Positions 48,544-60,055 of a stretch of 64,000 bases of DNA are shown in pieces. This DNA is from Camelus dromedarius (lineage: Eukaryota): positions 86,430,001 through 86,494,000 of the forward strand of contig NC_087436.1 in the NCBI RefSeq assembly GCF_036321535.1. Reading direction: 5' to 3'. The position numbers and the translations under genes are program-made. Below the pieces are notes generated by a model. It made no database searches and had not been told where the DNA came from. It was given only the letters and a program-made list of their open reading frames with translations. Numbering within the stretch: position 1 is the first letter of the stretch; the number at the start of each line of letters is the position of its first letter.

Positions 48544-50769
48544 CATGGTCAAGTCTCCCCTTGTGCCATCTTGTTTCTTTCTTATTTCCCAATGGGTTTG
48601 CTTGTTAAAAATACCATGAGCAACTGTGATTCCTCAAAGATGCTAGTGTTGCCAGCTTTCCTGCCTCTGCCATTGTTACCCTTTATGACCTGTAATCAAT
48701 TTTAATAATTCCTGTTTTCACGCAAATCCAAACACACACCGGCAATACTGCTTTTGCTTGATATTTTCCAATTTCATAATGATCTTGGTCACAGAGATTT
48801 ATTAGTAAAAGTCTTTACCAACAGCCACCCAGCATTTGAATTTAGCCCAGTCTGAGGCCCTGCAAGGAGCTAATGGGTTAGGTGAACACCAGCTCCAAAC
48901 ATTTCTGCAAGATTCCCCTATTACTGCATCTCCTTCCCAGTTGCTGCCCTCAAAACCAGTTGCTAACAAACTTCCTAAGTTATAGGTTTCTCTGACACAG
49001 GATCTATCTCCAGAGTCCGTGAACATGAGCGGCCCTGCCCGGTGTGTGAGTGCATGGTCAGCGGAATCACGCATCTCTCTCACTACACTGGAGCCAGGCC
49101 CCCCGCCTCTGGAATCTGCAAGCCTGTGGCAGCTGTTGAGCTGAGCCAAAACCAAGCTCTGCTGATGGAAGCAAGATGCCCAATCCTGAGAAGGCCACAA
49201 ACCCCAAGACACCACCTTGCAAAAGCTTTGCTCTGGCTCAGAGCTTTTGATTAGGCAACCACCCATTGATAAATGGAAGTTCCAAAGTATACACAGGGAC
49301 CACCTGCTTGGCTAATGGCAAGCATCTTACATTCACCTTGTTGAACACAGCTCCCTCTACTGGGCTATTAGTCACTCTGAGGCTATCGGTGTCATAAAAC
49401 CTACAAGAAAAGGAACCATCCGATTAACAATTGAGGAAGCAGTTGATAGACTCAATGAGGAAATGGCATCGTCTGATGGGAGACTACTCGGGTGTGTGAG
49501 TGGGACCTTCTGGTTTTGCCAGTGCTTTTTGGGTGCTCCATCACCTTGGCTCTCTCTTTGCATATCAGTAACTTGTCATCTGAGAAACAGGGGGCAGTAA
49601 TCCTGACAGGCCTTCCAAGAGGTACAGGTTAATATGGAAACAGCATTTTCTTCTAGGAACAAATATGATCCCAAGTTCAGCTCCACAGGAAGTCAACAAG
49701 CATGAGAAACAACAGGGCAAAGGTGTTCCAGAAAAGCAAGCCAAAACACATTCACCAAAGGGGCCCTTTCAAAATAAAGGCAGACTGAGAGGAAGGCAGG
49801 CAGCTCTCCCAAGAGGCCAGTCTGGGACATCAGTGGGAGTTCCAGGCTTAGACCAAAGGCCATTCATGACCTTTGTTGAACTGCTACAGACTCTTAAGGA
49901 AGGGCAGTCCAGATTTGCTTCTTTTATCTTGCAACAGGAAGCTCTAAAGCAGGGGAAGAGGCAAAGAAAGTCCCTGAAAATGTCTCTTCTCTCTATAGAG
50001 TTCAAAGTCATCTGGCCACATTCAGCATGTGGAGTGAAGATGACTCTCAGCCCAGCCAGAGTGGTACATTCACCCCTGCTGCACACTTCTCCATGCCTAC
50101 CCAGTCTCCACATAAGCATTAACTATGCTGGGGTTTGAGGGAGTCTGATAAGGCAAATGGAGATCAAAATGACAGTGCTGATAAAAGCTGGGATGGTTAG
50201 TGTGGCTTTAAATATATTAGCCAAGTGGCCTTCCAATTCCTCCCTCTGTGCTGAACTTACCCGGTTACAAGCAGTAAATTCCTGACAAAAGCCTGCCTCT
50301 GTAAAGTTTACAGAATAGGCGAGCAGAAGGAATGGTCCCCACCAGGGAATGACTGAGTCACTCTGTCCCAGTTCCCTCTCCGGAACTCACTGATCAGATA
50401 AGGCATCCCTCTCCCCATGAGAAAGATACGTAAAGGGATGGCAGGAGCCCAGGAGTGGTGCTCTAGTGAAGGTGTCCACCTGCAAGGAAGCATCAAGAGA
50501 AGGAAGTAAGTGGCCTCTACAATCCCCTTGGGAAGCCTCTGCACATCCTCACCCCTCCTCCCTGTGTGAGTGCAGAGGCAGGCACACTCACACACCACCA
50601 GCACCTCTCACGAAGACCAAGTCAGGGCTCCACTATGCACTTTCAGAGCCTGTGATGACGTGTATCGCTGCCCTTAACATTCTGCACCACCACTGTTTAT
50701 CTTCTCCACCTCCTCGAGACCTTGAACTCCTGGTAGGCAAGATCACATTGCATTACTTTTTTTCCTTCC

Positions 50770-51110
50770 ATTTTTTTTGAGAAATAATTGGTATCCATCA
50801 TTGTGTCAGTTTAAGGTGTAGCATGATGGTTTGATTTACATATATTGTGAAAGGATTCCCACAATAGGTTCAGATAACATTAACCATCTCATATAGATAT
50901 AATAAAAAGAAAAGAAAAAACATTTTCTCCTTGAGATGAGATTTATCTGGCTTTTTTCACTGATCACAATTTTAAGATTCATCTATATTGTTGTGTATAT
51001 TAATATTCCATTCCTTTTGCTTGCTGAGTAGTATTCCATTGTATGGGCACACCAGAATTCGTTCCTGGATTCAGCAGTTGATAGACATTTTGTTTGTTTC
51101 TTTTTTCTTT
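50770..51110 (-). mobile_element. Two adjacent old L1 fragments (L1MA-type 3' end; older L1M ORF2 end)
   Basis: gtttaaggtgtagcatgatggtttgatttacatatattgtgaaa...tctccttgagatgag; then gattcatctatattgttg...gctgagtagtattccattgtatgg. Confidence 0.75.
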
Positions 51111-51125
51111 TTTGATTCCAGTTTT

Positions 51126-53135
51126 TTTTTAGTTTTTTTTTTTAACATTTTTTATTGATTTATAATCATTTTAAAATGTTGTGTCAAATTCCAGTGTAGA
51201 GCACAATTTTTCAATTATACGTGAACATATATACATTCATTGTCACATTTTTTCTCTGTGAGCTACCATAAGATCTTGTATATATTTCCCTGTGCTGTAT
51301 AGTATAATCTTGTTTATTTATTCTACAATTTTGAAATCTCAGTCTGTCTCTTCCCATCCCCCGCCCCCTTGGCAATCACAAGTTTGTATTCTATGTCTAT
51401 GAGTCTATTTCTGTTTTGTATTTATGCTTTGTTTTTTTGTTTGTTTGTTTTTTGTTTTTTAGATTCCACATATGAGCGATCTCATATGGTATTTTTTTTT
51501 CTCTTTCTGGCTTACTTCACTTAGAATGACATTCTCCAGGAGCATCCATGTTGTTGCAAATGGCGTTATGTTGTCGGTTTTTATGGCTGAGTAGTATTCC
51601 ATTGTATAAATATACCACCTCTTGTTTATCCAGTCATCTGTTGATGGACATTTAGGCTGTTTCCATGTCTTGGCTATTGTAAATAGTGCTGCTATGAACA
51701 TTGGGGTGCACGTGTCATCCTGAAGTAGGGTTCCTTCTGGATATATGCCCAGGAGTGGGATTCCTGGGTCACATGGTAACTCTATTCCTAGTCTTTTGAG
51801 GAATCTCCATATTGTTTTCCACAGTGGCTGCACCAAACTGCATTCCCACCAGCAGTGAAGGAGGGTTCCCTTTTCTCCACAGCCCCTCCAGCATTTGTCA
51901 TTTGTGGGTTTTTGAATGGTGGCCATTCTGACTGGTGTGAGGTGATACCTCATTGTAGTTTTGATTTGTATTTCTCTGATAATTAGTGATACTGAGCATT
52001 TTTTCATGTGCCAATTGATCATTTGTATGTCTTCCTTGGAGAATTGCTTGTTTAGGTCTTCTGCCCATTTTTGGATTGGGTTGTTTGTTTTTTTCTTATT
52101 AAGTTGTATAAGCTACTTATATATTCTGGAGATCAAGCCTTTGTCGGTTTCATTTGCAAAAATTTTCTCCCATTCTGTAGGTTGTCTTTTTGTTTTACTT
52201 ATGGTTTCTTTTGCTGTGCAGAAGCTTGTAAGTTTCATTAGGTCCCATTTGTTTATTCTTGCTTTTATTTCTATTGCTTGAGTAGACTGTTCTAGGAGAA
52301 CATTTTTGAGATGTATGTCAGATAATGTTTTGCCTATATTTTCTTCCAGGAGGTTTATTGTATCTTGTCTTATGTTTAAGTCTTTGATCCATTTTGAGTT
52401 TATTTTTGTGTATGGTGTAAGGGAGTGTTCTAGCTTCATTGTTTTACATGCTGCTGTCCAGTTTTCCCAACACCATTTGCTGAAGAGGCTGTCTTTATTC
52501 CATTGTATATTCTTGCCTCCTTTGTCGGAGATAAGTTGACCAAAAGTTTGTGGGTTCATTTCTGGGCCCTCTGTTCTGTTCCATTGGTCTATATGTCTGT
52601 TTTTGTACCAATACCATGCTGTCTTGATGACTGTAGCTCTACAGTATTGTCTGAAGTCTGGGAGAGTTATTCCTCCAGCCACTTTCTTTCTCTTCAGTAA
52701 TGCTTTGGCAATTCTAGGTCTTTGATGGTTCCATATAAATTTTATTATGATTTGTTCTAGTTCTGTGAAATACGTCCTGGGTAATTTGATAGGGATTGCA
52801 TTAAATCTGTAGATTGCCTTGGGCAGTGTGACCATTTTAACAATATTGATTCTTCCAATCAAAGAGCATGGGATATCTTTCCACTTTTAAAAGTCTTCTT
52901 TAATTTCCTTCATCAATGGTTTATAGTTTTCAATGTATAATTCTTTCACCTCCTTGGTTAGATTTATTCCTAGATATTTTATTACTTTGGGTGCTATTTT
53001 AAAGGGGATTGTTTCTTTACTTTCTTTTTCTGTTGATTCATTGTTAGTGTAAAGAAATGCAACTGATTTTTGAACGTTAATCTTGTAACCCGCTACCTTG
53101 CTGAATTCTTCGATCAGCTCTAGTAGTTTTTGTTC
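51126..53135 (-). mobile_element. Young 5'-truncated LINE-1 (~2 kb)
   Basis: Poly-A and AATAAA at the left end, 3'UTR, ORF2 C-terminal part; 10-bp TSD TTCCAGTTTT at 51116-51125 and 53136-53145. Confidence 0.95.
51459..53133 (-). pseudogene. L1 ORF2p C-terminal remnant (end of RT through Cys-rich domain), two in-frame stops
   Basis: ORFs 52887-53171 ([22 protein letters not shown]), 52113-52862 (IGRINIVKM...GGITLPDF...[11 protein letters not shown]) and 51459-52022 ([18 protein letters not shown]) are all in one frame, broken by TAA 52889-52887 and TAG 52115-52113. Confidence 0.93.
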
Positions 53136-53390
53136 TTCCAGTTTTATTGAGAGAGAATTGACATACAGCACTGTATAGGTTTAATGTGTACAGCATAATG
53201 ATTTGACTTACATATGTCATAAAACAATTATCGTGATAAGCATAGTGAACATCCATCATCTCATAGACGCAAAGTTAAAGAAATAGGAAAAAAAATTTCT
53301 TGTGATGAGAACTCTTAGGATTTACTCTCTTAACTCTCTTAAATTTCCTGTATAATGTACAGCAGTATTAATTCTATTTTTCATGCATTA
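53136..53390 (-). mobile_element. Older L1MA-type 3' end (target of the young L1)
   Basis: ttccagttttattgagagagaattgacatacagcactgtataggttt...gtgatgagaactcttaggatttactctcttaac. Confidence 0.8.
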
Positions 53391-53409
53391 CTTTCAAAAT
53401 GCATCTCTG

Positions 53410-53500
53410 TCTCCCTTGTACTAGCACATGGTAGATGCTCAAGAAATGTTTCTGGGATGGATGGATGGATGGATGGATGGACAGATGAATAACATGAATA
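53410..53500 (+). repeat. L2 3' tail with (GGAT)6 microsatellite
   Basis: gcacatggtagatgctcaagaaatgttt followed by (ggat)6 at 53455-53478. Confidence 0.75.
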
Positions 53501-54149
53501 AAGAATAAAACTGTTGGAACCCAGAGAGGTAGGGCTTTTTCCTAGGTATAAATTAAGGCTTTGACTCCATTTAAGGGCACAGCTGCCTCAGGCCTGGAGG
53601 TTATCCTAGAGCAACCCAGGAATCAGCTAGCCTCACAGAGGCCACCAGAGTGAAGAGTACCTGGATCTGAACTAAATTGCTCAGAGTGCCAGGGTTTCCG
53701 GGGTCATCACCCCCCTGCTGAGTCTCCATGGCTTGGCTCTGTCCCCTTGGACTGACTGTGGACCTATCCTGTGGATCCTGTGGAGTCCCTCCCAGCTCTC
53801 CCTACGTTCCCATTGCTTCCCACCCTCCCTCCTCCAGGCTGACAGACCTGGTTCTTGGCTGGAGACCTAGATGGGGGATCTCCAACCTGGGAAACACAAG
53901 ACCCTCTCACAACTGAAGTACAACTGTTAATAAAATATGAGTCATTTATTCACATCATCCTTTTTTTTTTTTCCTGGTGTAGACTCAAATAGCATCCTGC
54001 CCAGAGAAAATACACAATAAATATTAGTTGGATGATTAATTGATCATTGTGATATATTTAATTATATTGATAACAGATACAGTAGCTTAGACTTTGAACA
54101 AGGTAGAAAAAGGTGCTATAAGACCCTACTGACTTTTTTCCGGGACATG

Positions 54150-54365
54150 TGAGGCAATGGTTAAGATGTGAAAACCAGCCCCACAGACTTGTGTCTGTGT
54201 TCCACCTCTGCTGTGTCTTGGACAAGTCCTATATTATTTCTAAACTGCAGTTTACTCTTCTGCAGTCTAGAGATGATAACTGTACCCGTCTCATTGGACT
54301 GTTCTATGCAAAATAAAACAGCATAAGATACTTAGCTTAGTATCAGGCACACAGTAAGTATTTAA
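54150..54365 (+). mobile_element. MIR SINE
   Basis: tgtgtcttggacaagtc...cagtttactcttctg...atcaggcacacagtaagta. Confidence 0.7.
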
Positions 54366-54719
54366 CATAATTTTTTTTAATTGTAGATACCATTTTGTTA
54401 TTTTTATGAGTTAGGACCCTGGGGCAGTGCAGGTGGCCAGAGAAAAAGATCATAGTAAGTGTTAGGAGATCTGTGTCGAGGTGGGAAAGCCCGGGGTGAG
54501 TCCAGGCTGTGTCACAGATCTGTGAATCTCCAGATGTGCACAGATGGAACGATTTTCTGCAAAATGAAGAAGCAGCATAAATAAGAGTCAGGAGTCGTAC
54601 AGAAGCTCAGAGGAAGGAGCAGAGCATTCCATACCCAAAGCAAGCTCCGAAAGAAACCCTGACAAGGAAACCTCTTGCTCTTACCTGGAGAGTTTACTCT
54701 TGGATCTCACTCAAACTCC

Positions 54720-55510
54720 CTCCTACAAAGAGTGGCGTGGCGGGGAGAGAGACAGAGACAGAGACTGAGCCAGCCCCTCTCAGGCCTGCTGCTGGCCAAG
54801 CCAGCTGTCCCTCAGAACCTGCTTCCTGCCTCGCTGGTGAGCGGAGGCGTGTCCCTTGGCCCAGGAGCCATCAAAGAGCTTAGAGCGACGAGGCATGCCT
54901 GCCAAGGAAAACAAAAAGCCGGCCTTTCGCTGCTCGGGGCAACCTCTTGGAGGCGCTGTAGAGAGACGTCCGTACATGTAATCACGGAGGGAAGCAGCTC
55001 ATCCACAGCGAGGACCTTGAGGGATGGCAGAGAAACTGCAGAGTCGGGGGAAAGCCCGTGGGCTATTTTGGGCCAGGCCCAGACTGCAGTCAGTGGAGGT
55101 TTTGTTTATATAACATCTACAGAAGGCCCTTTGGAGAAACTGACCTGGGTCTCCGGGCCGCAGTGAGCAGGGGTGTGGTGGTAGCTTCCTATTGTTCTTG
55201 GCCCCGCTGCCCGGTTGGTGGTGCAGCTCCTCTCCTGGAGCTGTTGGTTCCCACTGCCTGCTCCTTCCAGCTGCCCTCGCTTCAACTCCCTTCCTACAAG
55301 GCGGCGCCGGCAGCGTGTCCCTCAGACAGGGTGACCCAGGCTCTGTGCCCAGAGAGTTGGCCTCCTGACCCCAGGCCTCCCTGCCCACTCTGCAGCCTCG
55401 GGCGCTTCCGGGTGTCCTTCCTGCGCATGCCCTCGGCTGAGCCGGTCGCTATCAGCCAGTGGTTAGGGCAAGGGGCAGGGCCTGAGAGCAGCCGGGCTCT
55501 GCCGTCTGGC
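54720..55510. promoter_or_regulatory. CpG/GC-rich promoter- or enhancer-like island
   Basis: About 35 CpG in ~790 bp by hand count, far above the surroundings; ETS CTTCCGG 55405-55411, NRF1-like TGCGCATGC 55422-55430, KLF-like GGGGTGTGG, SOX-like CCTATTGTT; no repeat recognised. Confidence 0.5.
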
Positions 55511-55679
55511 AGTTGCTTGCTCTAGGGCAAGTTGTGTAACCCCCTGAGTTGTTTATTTCATGCATATGTCTATATAAATACATCAGACATAAATGATATA
55601 TGTCAGTTTCCCTCCTGCCTGCCTTGCTCCAAGGTGTTACAGTGATTTTGTTATCTTTTCTAAGCACAGATTACCCTAG

Positions 55680-56161
55680 TGCTAAGGTCTGAATGTTGGT
55701 ATCCCTCCGAAATTCGTATGTTGAGATCCTACCTACCACAGTGAAGGTATTAGGAGGTGGGGCCTTTAGGAAGTGGCTAGGTCATGAGGGTGGAGCCCTC
55801 ATGAATGGGATTAGTGCCCTTTCTTTTTAAATAATTCTTTTTACTTGTTTTTTTCCCCTAATGGAGGCACTAGGGTTTGAACCCAGGACCTCATGCACAC
55901 CAAGCACCCACTCTGCCCCTGAGCGATAACCCCCCACCCCTGATTAGTGACCTTATATCAGAGCCTCTGGAGAGACCCCTGGCCCCTTTGTCATGTGAGG
56001 ACACCACAAGACATCTGCAACCCAGAAGAGAGCCCTCCACATGTGTACTGGTGCCTTGATCCCAGACTTCCAGCCTCCAGAACTGTGAGAAATCAATTTT
56101 TTTTTTTATAAGCCACCCAGTCTGTGATGTTTTGTTACAGCAGTCCAAGCTGACAAAGACA
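55680..56161 (+). mobile_element. MLT1A-like solo LTR interrupted by a SINE
   Basis: tgctaaggtctgaatgtt...tattaggaggtggggcctttagg...gggtggagccctcatgaatgggattagtgccctt...gacttccagcctccagaactgtgagaaat...aagaca. Confidence 0.9.
55822..55941 (-). mobile_element. Diverged tRNA-derived SINE (Vic-1-like) inside MLT1A
   Basis: atggaggcactagggtttgaacccaggacctcatgcac; TSD gattagtgccctt / gattagtgacctt (55809-55821 / 55942-55954). Confidence 0.85.
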
Positions 56162-56184
56162 ATTGGGAAGGATGGGAGTAGGAA

Positions 56185-56384
56185 GGGTTTTTTTAAGTTT
56201 AAGTAAAATTTGCATATATAAAAATGTACAAATCTTAAACAGACAGTTTGATAGATCTGTTCACCTATGTGTCCATCCATGTAACTACTCCTCAGATCAA
56301 GAAACAGAGTATTTCCTTCACCCTCTTGTGAAGAGCTCCTTTGTGTCCCTGTCTAGTCAGTAACTTGCTCACACCCAATTTACC
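56185..56384 (-). mobile_element. Old L1 3' fragment (interrupted by MLT1A)
   Basis: tttaagtaaaatttgcatata...aaatgtacaaatcttaa...ccatgtaactactcctcagatcaagaaacagagtatttcc. Confidence 0.7.
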
Positions 56385-56789
56385 TGTCTTAGTCTGCTTG
56401 GCGTTGCCATAACAAAACAGGATGGACTGGACATCATGAACGGCAGAGACTGCTCTCTCACAGTTCCGGGGTCTGGAAGCCTGAGATCAGGGTGCCAGCA
56501 CAGTCAGGTTCCGGTGAGGGCTCTTTTCCTGGTTTGCAGGCAGCCACCTTCTCACTGTGCGTTCACATAACCTCTTCTTCGTGCACCAGGAGAGAGAGCT
56601 CCGTCCAGACCAAGAGCTCTCTGGTGTCTCTTTGTATAAGCACACTAATCCTATCGGATCAGGGCCCCACCCTCATGAGCTCATTTAGCCTTACTTACTT
56701 CTGTAAAGGCTTTGTCTCCAAATACCATCACTGTGGATGCTAGGGCTTTAACATATGAATTTTGGGGGAACACAGTTCAGTCCTTAGCA
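56385..56789 (-). mobile_element. MLT1A-like solo LTR
   Basis: tgtcttagtctgcttggcgttgccataacaaaac...ctcacagttccggggtctggaagcctgagatcagggtgccagca...aacatatgaattttggggg...cagtccttagca. Confidence 0.88.
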
Positions 56790-57869
56790 CTAACACCACT
56801 CCCTCTTCCCCCAGCCCCTGGGGATAGCTGCTACTTCACTTCTAATACCTCTAATCTGAAAGCAGTCTAAATGTCCACCAACATAAAAATGGGTTAACAG
56901 ACATAGCATAAGTAAAGTCATACAATGGAATACTCTGCTGCAACAAAAAAAGAATGGGTACCACTACACAGGATCCATTCTGGGCATTTCTCTGAGCAAG
57001 TTATGAATAGAGCAAAACAACTAAGACCTTTGAAACTTAAATTCTTATCTCTGCTTCAACTGCTCCAGAGGCTGGTTCATTCAGACCAAGTTTAATTGTC
57101 CTTTCACATTTGAAAGCAAAATTTCAAGTCTCTAGGGCCTTGGCTAACCACGAACAATCCTCCCACTCTAGGGTAGTGATGGAGACCCCTACTCCTGGCC
57201 AGAGTGGTTTTCAGTAGAGCCTCATTAATAGGAAACATGGCTTTCTTGGGGGAGAAATTGACTTTGATTTTGGACTTTCTGTCATTTTTATTAAAGAACA
57301 ATATAGGTTACCCAGTTGGCTAAGGAAAAAGCAGTTGTTTCAAATTACGTGTAATTTTGAATTAAGCCAATATTGGCTTATCGGGTTTTACCCAAGATGT
57401 TTTTCTATACATAGGATGTCTTACTAAGTCCAAGAAAGACTGTGGTAGATTTCCACATCCATCGTTATTTGGCCTTACCCCTTGTAAAATATCAAAGTAA
57501 GTTCAGTTGTAACAGTTGTGCTGCTGGTTTGGGCTTAACTGTTTAAGAGGAGAAAAGGATTTTATAATCATCATCTCTTTTGAGGTGGGAAATTTTAATT
57601 CACTCAAATAATTGATTTTAAAGTGAAGGCAGCTAGAACTTGAGATCTGAGATAGTAAGCCAGTCTGCTTGGAACTCTGCAAATCACAGCACTTCCCAGG
57701 CAGTAGACTGGGTGTTCTATTCCTGGCAGTTTATTCTAGTTTCTGTGAGTCTGGCTTTTATCCAGAGGCTTTACTTGCCTTGATGACCCAATTTGCCTTT
57801 GAGTTTTTGCTCTAAAGGGATACTAATATGGCCAAAAGCAGAGAAGTATAGAGGGTGGGTCTGCTTGTT

Positions 57870-58060
57870 AACATCAGAGAGATCTAGGTTTTAGGTCCTA
57901 AATCCCCCCACTGCCTGCCTATGTGATCTCAAGCAAATACTTACTTTCTCCAAGTCTCAGTTTTATCATCCCTAAGATGGGGGTGTTAATGCCTACCTCT
58001 GAGCATTTAATAGGAATTTGGAAATAGTATCTGTGGAGTGCATGGCATATACTCATTCAA
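57870..58060 (+). mobile_element. MIR SINE
   Basis: tgtgatctcaagcaaatacttactttctccaagtctcagttttatcatccctaagatgggg. Confidence 0.7.
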
Positions 58061-58177
58061 AAAATATTTTGGGTACCTACCACATGTCTGACTCTAACAA
58101 TGGGGACAGAGACATGAACAAAACGATCTCTGCCCTCATGGAGCTCACGGTTGTTCAATAAATAGTTGCTGTCCCAG

Positions 58178-58945
58178 CCGGTACATGAAAATATGCCCAG
58201 CATCGCTAGTCATCAGGGGAAGGCAAGTCAAAACCATAGTGAGATATCACCTCACACCTATTAGTATGGCTCTTGTTTAAAAAAACACTAGAGATAACAA
58301 GCATCAGTGAGAATTTGGAGAAACTGGAATCCTTATTGGTGGGAATGTAAAATGGTGCAGCCACTATAGAAGACAGTATGGAGGTTCCTCAAAAAATTAA
58401 AAATAGAACTACCAACAATCTCACTTCTGAGTATTTATCCAAAAGAATTGAAATCAGGATCTTGAAGAGATAGTTGCATTCTCATGTTCATTGCAGCCTT
58501 GTTGACAATAGCCAAAAGGTGGAAACAATCTAAATGTCCATTGATGGATGAATGGCTAAAGAAGACATGGCATATACCTACAATGGAATACTTTTCAGCC
58601 TCAAAAAAGAAGGCAGTCCTAAATTACACAACCAAATGGATGAACCTGGAGAACATTTTTATAAGTGAAATAAGCCAGTCACAGAAGGGCAAAGATGTCA
58701 TGATTCTGCTCGTAGAAACAGAGTCGAATGGTGGTTGCCAGGGGCTGAGGAGAGATGGAAATGGGAAGCTGGTGTTCAACAAGTGTAACGTTTCAGTTGT
58801 GCAGGATGAGTACGTGCTAGATAGCTGCTGTGCACAGGGTGCTCAGAGCTCATAGTACTGTGCAGCACACTTGAAAATTGTTAACAGGGTTGATTAGTTG
58901 ATTTCATGTGAAGTGTTCCTATCACAATTAAAAAAAAAAGAAAAA
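58178..58945 (+). mobile_element. L1MA/MB-type fragment (ORF2 C-terminus and 3'UTR)
   Basis: ORF 58484-58855 [24 protein letters not shown]...MNLENIFISEISQSQK; gtgagatatcacctcacacctattagtatggc; poly-A at ~58930. Confidence 0.9.
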
Positions 58946-59054
58946 CATTCTAAATCTGGATTATGGTAATGTTAACATAATTGTAAATTCACTAAAATGC
59001 ACTGAATTTTATGGTATGTAAGTTATATCTCAGTAAAGCTGTTTAAAAAAATAG

Positions 59055-59610
59055 TCGATGGAATATTATTCAGTGCTAAAAAGTGATGAGCTATCAAACC
59101 ATGAAAAGACATGAAGCAACCTTACATGCATATTTCTAACTGAAAGAAGCCAATCTGAAAAGGCTACATCCTCTATGATTCCAACCATATGAGATTCTGG
59201 AAAAGGCAACACTACGGAGACAGTAAAAAAGATGAGTGGTTGCCAGGGGTGGGGTAGGGAGGGATGAATAGGTGGACCCCAGAGGATTTTTAGAGCAGTG
59301 AAACTACTCTGTATGATATTATAATGATGGATTCATGTCATTATATATTGGTTGAAACCTATAGAATGTACAACATCAAGAATGAACTCTAAGGTAAATG
59401 ATGGACTTCGGGTGATTCTGATGTATCAATGCAGGTTCATACGGGGACCAATGTACCACTCTGGTGAGTGATGTTAATAATGGGGAGGCTGCGTGTGAGG
59501 AGGCTGCGTGTATGCAGGGGGCAGAGGGCGTATGGGAAATCTCCGTACCATTCCCTCAATTGTACCATAAACCTAAAAGTTCTATAAAAAATGAAGTCTT
59601 ATAAAAAATT
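59055..59610 (+). mobile_element. L1MC1-like 3' fragment
   Basis: gatgagctatcaaaccatgaaaagacatg, gaagccaatctgaaaaggctaca, atggacttcgggtgattctgatgtatcaatgcaggttcat, aacctaaaagttcta. Confidence 0.85.
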
Positions 59611-59914
59611 TAACAACCCTGTCTCCTTGATGTCTGTTCAATGTCACCACTCCCCCTCCCAAACCTTTGCCTCCTCCACTTTTGTTTCTCATAATTACCT
59701 GATACAGTATATAATTTATTTGCTGTATGTAGTCAGTTCTGAGTTGCACAAGTTTTCCCACAATTTAACATACATGAAATCAAGATTTTTAAAATAATTG
59801 ACAGCAGTTGTTAGCATTTCTTTCTATCTTTGTTTTGTGGCACATAGAGCCATGGTACAGCTTAATATCATTGTCGTCTTACAGATGATAAACTATGGTG
59901 TTATGTTATTGTTT

Positions 59915-60055
59915 CTTGGTCTTTTGTCCCCTCTGGAATATCAGCTCTACAAGAGTAGGTGTTTTTATTTGTTCACTACTATACTTCAAGTGCCTAGAAC
60001 AGTGCCTGGTACATAGTAGGTCCTCAGTGAACGTTTGTTACACAAATGAATGTTA
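59915..60055 (+). mobile_element. L2 3' end
   Basis: gtgcctagaacagtgcctggtacatagtaggtcctcagtgaacgtttgt. Confidence 0.8.

Noticed and set aside
53512..53911. Possible ancient LTR (TGTT...CACA)
   Set aside because: No TSD, poly(A) signal or family-diagnostic sequence that I can support
54675..55525. Overlapping 129-163 aa ORFs as a coding exon
   Set aside because: Stop-poor GC-rich DNA gives long ORFs in several frames; no recognisable protein
59484..59511. 15-bp-period tandem duplication (similar 12-bp case at ~20436-20459)
   Set aside because: Ordinary slippage duplications inside old repeats
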